Source: Acidobacteriota bacterium (lineage in GTDB: Bacteria > Acidobacteriota > Thermoanaerobaculia > Gp7-AA8). From it: a DNA stretch of 64,000 nt. Numbering within the stretch: position 1 is the first letter of the stretch; every line of letters begins with the position of its first letter. Both the position numbers and the translations under genes were made by a program. Positions 43,764 to 51,833 of this stretch are shown here, piece after piece. The stretch is from assembly GCA_019244185.1 (NCBI GenBank), contig JAFATB010000013.1, positions 32,001 to 96,000 of the forward strand. Direction: 5' to 3'. The notes under the pieces are model-generated. The model did not search any database. It was not told the origin of the DNA and saw only the letters and a program-made list of their open reading frames with translations.

Positions 43764-45119
43764 ATGGATACGGCCATGGTCGAACGCCACTACGACGAAG
43801 AGGCCCTCATCCCGTTCCTCGACGCCGGCCGCGCCGCCGCCGACCTCCACCTGCTGGCCTGCGCCGAGTGCCGCGACAAGCTCGAGAACTTTCGCCAGCT
43901 CGCCGACACGCTGCGCGAAGAAGACGTGTGGGACACCCGCGTCCTCGCCGCCCCGCCCGTCCCCGAGACTATCCGCAGTCTGCGCGCATTCGCCGACCGT
44001 GCCGCCGCCGAAGACACCGCCGCCGAGGCGTTCGTGGCGGAGCTCCTCGCCGGCGATCGCGAAACCTGGATGCCGCGATTGCAGCAACACCCCGAATGGC
44101 GCACCGCCGGCATGGTCCGCCGCCTCCTCGCCGCATACGAGCGAGCCCTCGACACCATGCCCTCCGACGCCGTGGCCATCACCTCCCTCGCGATCGACAT
44201 CGCCGAGCAACTCCCCACCACGGCCCACCCCGGCGACACGGTGGCGAAGTTGCGGGGCGCGGCGTGGAGGGATCGGGCGTACGGACTGTTGTTCACGGGG
44301 CAGTTCGCGAAAGCGGAAGAGGCTCTTTTTGTCGCTGAAAGTCACTTTAGTGACTGCTTCATTGCCGACTATGACCTCGCGCGCGTCGGCATCGTGAAAT
44401 CGTTGGTACTTCGTGCCTGCGAGCGCTTCGATGTCGCAACTGATGCGGCGCAGAAGAGCACGCGCACGTTCACGTTGTACGAAGACGACACGCGCGCAAT
44501 GTCTGCCGGTCTAGCCGAGGCGCAATTACTGTTCAGCAGAAGCGAATTCGCCGAGGCGTTTACACGCCTTTCGAACTTGACGCGCCGGCTCGCGCAGTCG
44601 AGTGACACGCGCAACTATGCGCGCGTCCTTTCGAATCTCGGGTACTGCTGCTGGAAGCTCGGCCGGATCGAGGAAGCTTTGCAGCATCACCAAGTCGCGG
44701 CCGCTTTCATGGAGGCGGACAGCCGCAGTGAAGCCGCGAAAGAGAAGTGGAACATCGCGTCGATTCTCGCGAGCGAAGGCCGCTTCGCAGAAGCGCTCAA
44801 TCGATTCGACGATCTTCTTCAAGAGTTCGAGTCCTTAGGGATGACGAACGCGTGGGCTCTCGTCAATCTCGAAATAGCGGAGATTCGTTTGTCGCTCGGC
44901 CAGTACGAAACGGTGGAAGACATCTGCCGCTCTGCCATGCGAACGTTCGAAGCCGCGGGGTTGGCGCACACCGAGCGAGCCCTGCGGGCGCTCGCGTTCA
45001 TGCGTGAGGCGGCACAAAATCGGACAGCGACGCCGGTCTTGGTTCGCCATGTCCGGGAGTACGTGCGGCGAGCTCCGAATGAGCCGCAACTTCTATTCGC
45101 TCCACTGCCGCTGGACTAA
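43764..45119 (+). CDS. soluble zf-HC2 (ZAS) anti-sigma domain fused to TPR repeats
   Basis: HYDEEAL...HLLACAECR; TPR-like AWRDRAYGLLFTGQFAKAE, YARVLSNLGYCCWKLGRIEEAL, WNIASILASEGRFAEAL; no TM helix; starts 4 nt after the sigma stop. Confidence 0.85.
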   Translation: MDTAMVERHYDEEALIPFLDAGRAAADLHLLACAECRDKLENFRQLADTLREEDVWDTRVLAAPPVPETIRSLRAFADRAAAEDTAAEAFVAELLAGDRETWMPRLQQHPEWRTAGMVRRLLAAYERALDTMPSDAVAITSLAIDIAEQLPTTAHPGDTVAKLRGAAWRDRAYGLLFTGQFAKAEEALFVAESHFSDCFIADYDLARVGIVKSLVLRACERFDVATDAAQKSTRTFTLYEDDTRAMSAGLAEAQLLFSRSEFAEAFTRLSNLTRRLAQSSDTRNYARVLSNLGYCCWKLGRIEEALQHHQVAAAFMEADSRSEAAKEKWNIASILASEGRFAEALNRFDDLLQEFESLGMTNAWALVNLEIAEIRLSLGQYETVEDICRSAMRTFEAAGLAHTERALRALAFMREAAQNRTATPVLVRHVREYVRRAPNEPQLLFAPLPLD

Positions 45120-45206
45120 ATCGAAAAATCCATTCGCCCGAGGTAGGGATTTGATGCGCTGCGTCACTCCCTATGGCAAGGGCGCGCCTTCCCAACCACC
45201 ACCGCT

Positions 45207-45212
45207 AGGAGG
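45207..45212 (+). promoter_or_regulatory. strong Shine-Dalgarno (AGGAGG) for the 65-aa peptide gene
   Basis: ctAGGAGGgcgttATG, with 5 nt between the SD and ATG 45218. Confidence 0.8.
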
Positions 45213-45217
45213 GCGTT

Positions 45218-45415
45218 ATGAAATCGTACAAAATCCGTCTTGCCGCTGCCTGCTTTGCCGCGGTTCTGTCTCTGCCTGCGTTTGCTGCCGCTGATGTGCC
45301 GCGTGAGAATCCCGGACGCGATATCACCGCAAGGCTGATCCGGATCATCAAGCAGATCGCCAAGCCGATCGGCATTGTCGCTCACGATGACCAGCCGCAG
45401 CTTCCCCGTCCCTGA
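45218..45415 (+). CDS. small secreted pre-peptide (65 aa), candidate signalling peptide precursor
   Basis: Strong RBS; Sec signal MKSYKIRLAAACFAAVLSLPAFA; amphipathic ITARLIRIIKQIAKPIGI; C-terminus DDQPQLPRP. Confidence 0.78.
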   Translation: MKSYKIRLAAACFAAVLSLPAFAAADVPRENPGRDITARLIRIIKQIAKPIGIVAHDDQPQLPRP

Positions 45416-45526
45416 CCCGCAACCCAACCCCCGCCCGCCCGTACAATGTGCGCGGTAGCGCGCCGAAGCCCGGATGGGCTTCGGCGCGCGCGCCGTGAGG
45501 AGCGTGCTTGGCTGATGGGTGAGCGA

Positions 45527-46465
45527 ATGGGGTCGCGGGAGATTCTCGCGGTACGGGACATCGTGAAAGTGTTTGGCGCCGTGCGGGCGGTGGATGGGAT
45601 TTCGTTCACCGTGCGGCGGGGGACCATCACCGGGCTCCTCGGGCGCAACGGCGCGGGGAAGACGACGACGATCCGGATGATCACCGGCATCTTCATGCCG
45701 GACTCCGGGGAGATCCGCTGGCTCGGCGGCGAACACGGCGGCGCTTTCCAGGACCGCATCGCCTATCTGCCCGAAGAGCGCGGGCTCTACAAGCAGATGA
45801 AGATCATCGAGCATCTGCTGTTCCTCGCGGAGATCAAAGGCTGCCGCGGCAGCGATCTGCGCAAGAAAATCGACTACTGGCTCGACCGCTTCGAGCTCGG
45901 CGCGAAGCGCAATGCGAAGGTCGAGGAGCTGTCCAAAGGCAACCAGCAGAAGATCCAGCTCATCGGCACGCTGCTGCACGATCCCGATCTCATCATCCTC
46001 GACGAGCCGCAGTCGGGGCTCGATCCGGTCAACATGGTCCTCGTGCGCAACCTCCTACAGGAACTGCGGCAGGAGGGAAAGACGATTCTCCTCTCGACGC
46101 ACATGATGGGAGAAGCGGAGCGCATGGCCGACGAGATCATCCTCATCCACCGCGGCAAGGTCGTCCTCGACGGCACGCTCGAGGAAGTGCGCGCGTCGTT
46201 CGGCAAGAACACGCTGCATCTCGACTTCGAAGGCGACGGCTCGTTCCTCGAGACGCTGCCGCAGGTGAAGCGCGCCACGGTGCTCAGCAACACCGCCGAG
46301 CTCGCGCTCGCGGAAGGCGCGGACCCGCAGCAGATCCTTGAGGCGTCGATGTCGCGCCTGCGCATCCGCCGCTTCGAAGTCGCCGCTCCGTCGCTCGAGT
46401 CGATCTTCATCGAAAAGGTCGGCACCGAGACGCTGTCGCAGCAGGAGGAGGCGGCGCAGCCATGA
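45527..46465 (+). CDS. ABC transporter ATP-binding protein (ABC-2/NatA-like)
   Basis: GRNGAGKTT, YLPEERGLY, LSKGNQQK, ILDEP, LSTH; start either 45515 or 45527. Confidence 0.93.
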   Translation: MGSREILAVRDIVKVFGAVRAVDGISFTVRRGTITGLLGRNGAGKTTTIRMITGIFMPDSGEIRWLGGEHGGAFQDRIAYLPEERGLYKQMKIIEHLLFLAEIKGCRGSDLRKKIDYWLDRFELGAKRNAKVEELSKGNQQKIQLIGTLLHDPDLIILDEPQSGLDPVNMVLVRNLLQELRQEGKTILLSTHMMGEAERMADEIILIHRGKVVLDGTLEEVRASFGKNTLHLDFEGDGSFLETLPQVKRATVLSNTAELALAEGADPQQILEASMSRLRIRRFEVAAPSLESIFIEKVGTETLSQQEEAAQP

Positions 46466-47796
46466 ACAAGATGATCGCGGTGCTCAAGCGCGAGTACCTT
46501 CAAGCCGTCCGCAAGAAGATGTTCATCATCATGACCTTCGCGTTCCCGTTCCTGATGGGCGCGATGATCACGCTGCCGGGCCTCATGGTCTCGCGCGGCC
46601 TCGGCACGAAGCGCATCGCGGTGCTCGACGGCACGGGCAGCCTGCGCGACGCGTTCAATCGTCCCAACGAGCAGCCGAAGAAGGACGCGAAAGACGAGGC
46701 GCGCGCCGCCCTCTCCGGCCGCCGTCAGATGGAGATCCCGTCCGAGCTCGACATCGAATACGTCGATCAGCAGAACATCGCGGACGTACAGCAGGCCGCC
46801 GATCCGTATCTCAAGAGCCTGCGCGCCGAAGGGAAGAACGCGCACTACGACGGCGTCCTGGTCATTCCGCGCGACGCGATGACCTCGGACGACGCGAAGC
46901 TCACGTATTACAGCCGCAGCGCCACCGACCTCGTCACGCAGGAGCGCCTCGGCCGCCTCGCGAACAAAGTCATCCAGCGCCACCGTCTCGCCGCGAACGG
47001 CATCAACATCGAGACCGTGGAGAAGCTGACGACGGACGTTCCCGTCGAGAGCGTGCAGATCTCGCGGAGCGGCGAGCAGAAGAAAGGCGGCGACATGAAC
47101 TTCATGCTCGCCTTCGTCTTCGCCGCGCTCCTGCTGCTGCCGTCGTTCATCTACGGCAACGACATCATGCGCGGCATCGTGCAGGAGAAGACGGAGCGCG
47201 TCGTCGAGGTGCTGATCTCGTCGATGAAGCCGTTCGAGCTGCTCACCGGCAAGATCCTCGGCGTGGCCAGCGTCGGCCTCACGCAGATCAGCGTCTGGAT
47301 CGCGATGCTCGCCATCGCCGGCGCGTACGGCGTGGCCGCGGCGTCGATGGCGGGGATCAACGTCGCGCAGTTCCTCCGCCCGATCGTCTTCGTCTACTTC
47401 TTCGTCTTCTTCATCCTCGCGTACCTCACCTACGTCTGCGTCTACGCGATCGCCGGCGCGATCTCGAACTCGGAGAAAGAAGCGCAGCAGTTCGTCGCGC
47501 CGATCAGTCTCGTCATGATGGCGCCGTGGTTCATGATGTTCCCGATCATCATGAATCCCGACTCGAAGCTGGCGGTGGCGTTCTCGCTGATGCCGGTGTT
47601 CGGACCGATCACGATGTTCGTGCGCACGCTCGTGTCGGAGCCGCCGCTGTGGCACATCGCGGTCTCGATCGCGGTGTCGCTCGTGACGATCGGCGTCTTC
47701 TTCTGGACCACCGGAAAGATCTTCCGCGTCGGCATCCTGTCGTACGGCAAGCGTCCGACGATTCCGGAGCTGTGGAGGTGGATGAAGGTGGCGTGA
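46462..47796 (+). CDS. ABC-2 transporter permease (NatB/YhaP-like)
   Basis: KREYLQAVRKK, IVQEKTERVVEVLISS, LLTGKILG, KIFRVGILSYG. Confidence 0.92.
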   Translation: MNKMIAVLKREYLQAVRKKMFIIMTFAFPFLMGAMITLPGLMVSRGLGTKRIAVLDGTGSLRDAFNRPNEQPKKDAKDEARAALSGRRQMEIPSELDIEYVDQQNIADVQQAADPYLKSLRAEGKNAHYDGVLVIPRDAMTSDDAKLTYYSRSATDLVTQERLGRLANKVIQRHRLAANGINIETVEKLTTDVPVESVQISRSGEQKKGGDMNFMLAFVFAALLLLPSFIYGNDIMRGIVQEKTERVVEVLISSMKPFELLTGKILGVASVGLTQISVWIAMLAIAGAYGVAAASMAGINVAQFLRPIVFVYFFVFFILAYLTYVCVYAIAGAISNSEKEAQQFVAPISLVMMAPWFMMFPIIMNPDSKLAVAFSLMPVFGPITMFVRTLVSEPPLWHIAVSIAVSLVTIGVFFWTTGKIFRVGILSYGKRPTIPELWRWMKVA

Positions 47797-47859
47797 GCGG
47801 GCGGGCGCGTCGCGCTGATATCATCGGCGCCCTCAGCACTATCCGAGGGAGACGCGTGC

Positions 47860-49677
47860 ATGCAGGAACCGAAGACTCTGAACGACATCTACGCGGTGAC
47901 GTGTTCGATCGACCGACCCGCGATCATGAAGTCGAAGCGCGGCGGCAAATGGGTCGACGTGTCGGTCCCGGAGTTTCGCGACACCGTCCGCTGGCTCTCC
48001 TCGGCGCTGCATGAGCTCGGCGTGAAGCCGGGCGATCGCGTCGGCATCCTCTCCGAGAATCGTCCCGAGTGGACGATCGCCGACTTCGCGATCCTGACCG
48101 CCGGCGGCGTGAGCGTGCCGGTCTATCCGACGCTCCTCGGCTGGCAGATCGAGTACATCCTCAATGACGCCGGCACCGTCGCCGTCATCTGCTCGAATCA
48201 GGAGCAGCTCGACAAGGTGCTCGAGATCCGCCCGCACGTGCCATGTCTGCACACGATAATCGTCTGCGATCCGCCCGCGAACCTTCCCGCGGGCGTGAAG
48301 ACGTATCACGACGTCGTCGAGGCAGGCCGGCGTTGGGAGGCGGCGCACGGGCCGAACTGGTTCGAGCAGTCGCGCACGCGCGCGACGCCGGGCGATCTCG
48401 CGACGCTCGTCTATACGTCGGGCACGACGGGCAATCCGAAAGGCGCGATGCTGACGCACGGCAACATCACCAGCAACGTCGTCACCGTGCGCGACATCGT
48501 GCCGTTCCGCACCGGCGACACCGCGCTCTCGATCCTGCCGCTCTCGCACATTCTCGAGCGCATGACCGACTTCCTCTTCTTCTACAAGGGCGGCACGATC
48601 GCGTACGCGGAGAACGTCAACAAAGTCGCCGACAACCTCGCGGAGGTGCGGCCGCAGTACTTCGCGGCGGTGCCGCGGCTCTTCGAGAAAATGCGTTCGC
48701 GCATCCTCGACAACGTCGCCACCGCACCGGCGGTGCGGCAGAAGATCTTCCGCTGGGCGCTCGGCGTCGCGGAGGAGCGGCTGCCGATGATGGTGGAGAA
48801 GAAGCCGCTCACCGGCATGCTGAAGATCAAGTCCGCGATCGCGGACAAACTGGTCTTCAGCAAGATCGTGGAGCGCCTCGGCGGCAACGTGAAGTACGTC
48901 GTCTCCGGCGGCGCGCCGCTCTCGGCCGACCTCGCGGCCTTCTTCATCGGCGCGGGCGTGGAGATCCTCGAAGGCTACGGCCTCACCGAAACGTCGCCGG
49001 TCATCGCGGTCAATCGTCCCGACAAGCGCCGCATCGGCAGCGTCGGTCCGATCATCCCCGGCATCGAGGTGAAGATCGCCGAGGACGGTGAGATCCTCAC
49101 CCGCGGACCGCACGTGATGAAAGGCTACTGGAACAATCCCGACGCGACGGCGCAGGCCATCGACGCGCAGGGCTGGTTCCATACCGGCGACATCGGCGAG
49201 ATCGACCGCGACGGCTTCCTCAAGATCACCGACCGCAAGAAAGACATCATCATCAACGCGTATGGCAAGAACATCGCGCCGCAGCCGCTCGAGGCGCTGC
49301 TCAAGAGCTCTCCGTACGTCGGCACGCCGGTGCTCATCGGCGACCGCCGCAAGTTCCTCACCGCGCTGATCGTGCCGAACTTCGAGAAGCTCGAGCGCGA
49401 CGCGGCGTCGCTGGGCGTCTCCGTGCATTCGCGCGAGGAGCTCGTGAACAACGAGCGCATCCGCGCGCTGATCCAGGACGAGATCGACCGCTTCAACCAG
49501 AACCTCGACCGGCAGGAGAAGATCCGCCGCTTCGCGCTCCTTCCGCGCGACTTCACGATCGAGGAAGACGAGATCACGCCGTCGCTCAAGGTGAAGCGGA
49601 AGGTGATCGACAAAAAATACAAGCAGGTGATCGACTCGCTGTACGCGGACGAGAACCTCGTGGAAGCCTCCGCATGA
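47860..49677 (+). CDS. long-chain fatty acid--CoA ligase (AMP-dependent)
   Basis: YTSGTTGNPKG, GYGLTET, WFHTGDIG, ITDRKKD, TPSLKVKR. Confidence 0.93.
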   Translation: MQEPKTLNDIYAVTCSIDRPAIMKSKRGGKWVDVSVPEFRDTVRWLSSALHELGVKPGDRVGILSENRPEWTIADFAILTAGGVSVPVYPTLLGWQIEYILNDAGTVAVICSNQEQLDKVLEIRPHVPCLHTIIVCDPPANLPAGVKTYHDVVEAGRRWEAAHGPNWFEQSRTRATPGDLATLVYTSGTTGNPKGAMLTHGNITSNVVTVRDIVPFRTGDTALSILPLSHILERMTDFLFFYKGGTIAYAENVNKVADNLAEVRPQYFAAVPRLFEKMRSRILDNVATAPAVRQKIFRWALGVAEERLPMMVEKKPLTGMLKIKSAIADKLVFSKIVERLGGNVKYVVSGGAPLSADLAAFFIGAGVEILEGYGLTETSPVIAVNRPDKRRIGSVGPIIPGIEVKIAEDGEILTRGPHVMKGYWNNPDATAQAIDAQGWFHTGDIGEIDRDGFLKITDRKKDIIINAYGKNIAPQPLEALLKSSPYVGTPVLIGDRRKFLTALIVPNFEKLERDAASLGVSVHSREELVNNERIRALIQDEIDRFNQNLDRQEKIRRFALLPRDFTIEEDEITPSLKVKRKVIDKKYKQVIDSLYADENLVEASA

Positions 49678-51827
49678 CCTCTGTCGCTGAAGTCCCTCAT
49701 TCCGCCGCCGCGGGCGGCCGCGCCTTCATCGTGCAACGCGACGGCGACACCGCCGTGGTCTGGTTCGATCTGCCGAACGAGAAGGTGAACAAGTTCTCGA
49801 CGCCGGTGCTGCACGAGCTCTCATCGGTCGTCGACGAGCTCGCGTCGGCGAGCGAACTGCGCAGCGTGATCTTCGCCTCGCGCAAGTCCGGCATCTTCAT
49901 CGCCGGCGCCGACGTCACGGAGTTCACGACCGTCGCCGGCCCGGAGCAGGCGCGCGCGTACGTCGAGCTCGGCCAGCAGGTGTTCACGAAAGTGGCGAAT
50001 CTCCCGCAGACCACCGTCGCCGCGATCGACGGCGCGTGCCTCGGCGGCGGCTGCGAGCTCGCGCTCAGCTGCGACTGGCGCGTGATGACGGACTCGCCGC
50101 GGTCGCAGATCGGACTGCCCGAGGTGAAGCTCGGCATCTTTCCGGCGTGGGGCGGCACGAGCAAACTGCCGCGTCTCATCGGATTGCCCGCGGCGCTCGA
50201 CATCGTGCTGAACGGACGCACGCTCGACGCGAAACGCGCCAAGCGCACGGGACTCGTCGACGAGGTCGTCGAGCGCGGCATCCTCCTCGACACCGCCAGG
50301 AAGTTCGCGGCGCGCGGCAAGCGCAAACGCGGCTCCGGACGCACGAAGTTCTACATCGAAGGCAATCCGCTCGCGCGCAACGTCATCTTCGGCAAGGCGC
50401 GCAAGGCCGTGCTCGCGCAGACGCGCGGGCAGTATCCGGCGCCGCTCAAAGCGATCGAGGTGATGGAGTACGCGATGGCGAACGGCGTCGCGCGCGGCAT
50501 GCAGCGCGAGGCCGAGGAAGCGGCGAAGCTCGTGTCGAACGACGTCGCGCAGAACCTCGTGCGGCTGTTCTTTCTCATGGAGTCGTCGAAGAAAGATCCG
50601 CTCGCGGCGAAGCCCGCGGACGTCTCGTACGTCGGCGTCCTCGGCGCGGGCGTGATGGGCGGCGGCATCGCGCAACTCGTGGCGGACAAGACCGACGCCG
50701 ACGTGCGCATGCGCGACATCGCCTGGAAGGCGATCGGCGGCGGCATGAAGGCCGCGGCGAAGATCTGGAAGAAGAAAGTCGAGCGCCGGCGCATGACGCG
50801 CGGCGAGATGCAGCGCAAGCTCGCGCGCATCACCGCGACGACGGACTGGAGCGGCTTCTCGCGCGCCGACGTCGTGATCGAAGCGGTCGTCGAGAACCTC
50901 AACATCAAGAGACAGGTCCTCGCGGAGTTCGAAGCGGTCGAGAAGCCGGGCGCGATCTTCGCGACGAACACGTCCACGATTCCCATCACGCAGATCGCCG
51001 CCGAGGCGAAGCATCCCGAGAACGTCGTCGGCATGCACTTCTTCAATCCCGTCGACCGCATGCCGCTCGTCGAAGTGATCCGCGGCGAGAAGACGTCGGA
51101 CGCGGCCATGGTCACCGTGGCGAACCTCGCGCGGAAGATGGGCAAGACGGTCGTTTACTGCAACGACGGTCCGGGCTTCGTCGTCAACCGCATCCTCGGC
51201 CCGTACATGAACGAGTCGGGATTCCTGATCGAGGAAGGGAACTCGATCGAGTCGCTCGACAAGGCGATGGTCGACTTCGGGATGCCGATGGGACCGATGG
51301 CGCTGCTCGACGAAGTCGGCATCGACGTCGCGGCGAAAGTGGCGGGCATTCTCTCCGAGGCGTTCGGCGCGCGCATGGAGAAATCGGGCGTCGTCGAAAA
51401 ACTCTATGCCGATGGTCGCTACGGCAAGAAGAACGGGAAAGGGTTGTACCTCTACGAGCACGGCAAGCGGACGAAGCCCGACGCTTCGGTCTACAAGCTC
51501 CTCGGCATCCGCGCGCCGCATCCGGCGGACGAGAAGGCGGTCGTCGAGCGGATGCTGCTGGCGATGATCAACGAGGCGTCGCTGATCCTCGACGAGAAGA
51601 TCGTGGCCACGGCGGCCGAGCTCGATCTGGCGATGATCATGGGCACCGGGTTTCCGCCGTTCCGCGGCGGACTGCTGCGTTACGCGGACTCTCTGGGATT
51701 GCCCTACGTGCTCGCGCGCCTCGACGAGCTGTCGTCGCGGGTGGGTCCGCGCTTCGCGCCGAACGCGCCGCTGAAGCGCCTCGCGGAACGCGACGGGAAG
51801 TTCCATCAGGCGTACGCGCGTTCGTAG
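49674..51827 (+). CDS. fadJ: fatty acid oxidation complex alpha subunit (enoyl-CoA hydratase / 3-hydroxyacyl-CoA dehydrogenase; FadJ/FadB-like)
   Basis: FIAGADV, CLGGGCEL, GLPEVKLG, GAGVMGGGIA, ATNTS, GMHFFNPV, GTGFPPFRGG. Confidence 0.88.
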   Translation: MTSVAEVPHSAAAGGRAFIVQRDGDTAVVWFDLPNEKVNKFSTPVLHELSSVVDELASASELRSVIFASRKSGIFIAGADVTEFTTVAGPEQARAYVELGQQVFTKVANLPQTTVAAIDGACLGGGCELALSCDWRVMTDSPRSQIGLPEVKLGIFPAWGGTSKLPRLIGLPAALDIVLNGRTLDAKRAKRTGLVDEVVERGILLDTARKFAARGKRKRGSGRTKFYIEGNPLARNVIFGKARKAVLAQTRGQYPAPLKAIEVMEYAMANGVARGMQREAEEAAKLVSNDVAQNLVRLFFLMESSKKDPLAAKPADVSYVGVLGAGVMGGGIAQLVADKTDADVRMRDIAWKAIGGGMKAAAKIWKKKVERRRMTRGEMQRKLARITATTDWSGFSRADVVIEAVVENLNIKRQVLAEFEAVEKPGAIFATNTSTIPITQIAAEAKHPENVVGMHFFNPVDRMPLVEVIRGEKTSDAAMVTVANLARKMGKTVVYCNDGPGFVVNRILGPYMNESGFLIEEGNSIESLDKAMVDFGMPMGPMALLDEVGIDVAAKVAGILSEAFGARMEKSGVVEKLYADGRYGKKNGKGLYLYEHGKRTKPDASVYKLLGIRAPHPADEKAVVERMLLAMINEASLILDEKIVATAAELDLAMIMGTGFPPFRGGLLRYADSLGLPYVLARLDELSSRVGPRFAPNAPLKRLAERDGKFHQAYARS

Positions 51828-51833
51828 CCGCGT

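Noticed and set aside
45218-45415. 65-aa ORF as a RiPP precursor or antimicrobial peptide
   Set aside because: No modifying enzymes or peptidase-containing transporter nearby, and it has a Sec-type signal. An antimicrobial role for the amphipathic helix is not excluded but fits the context less well.
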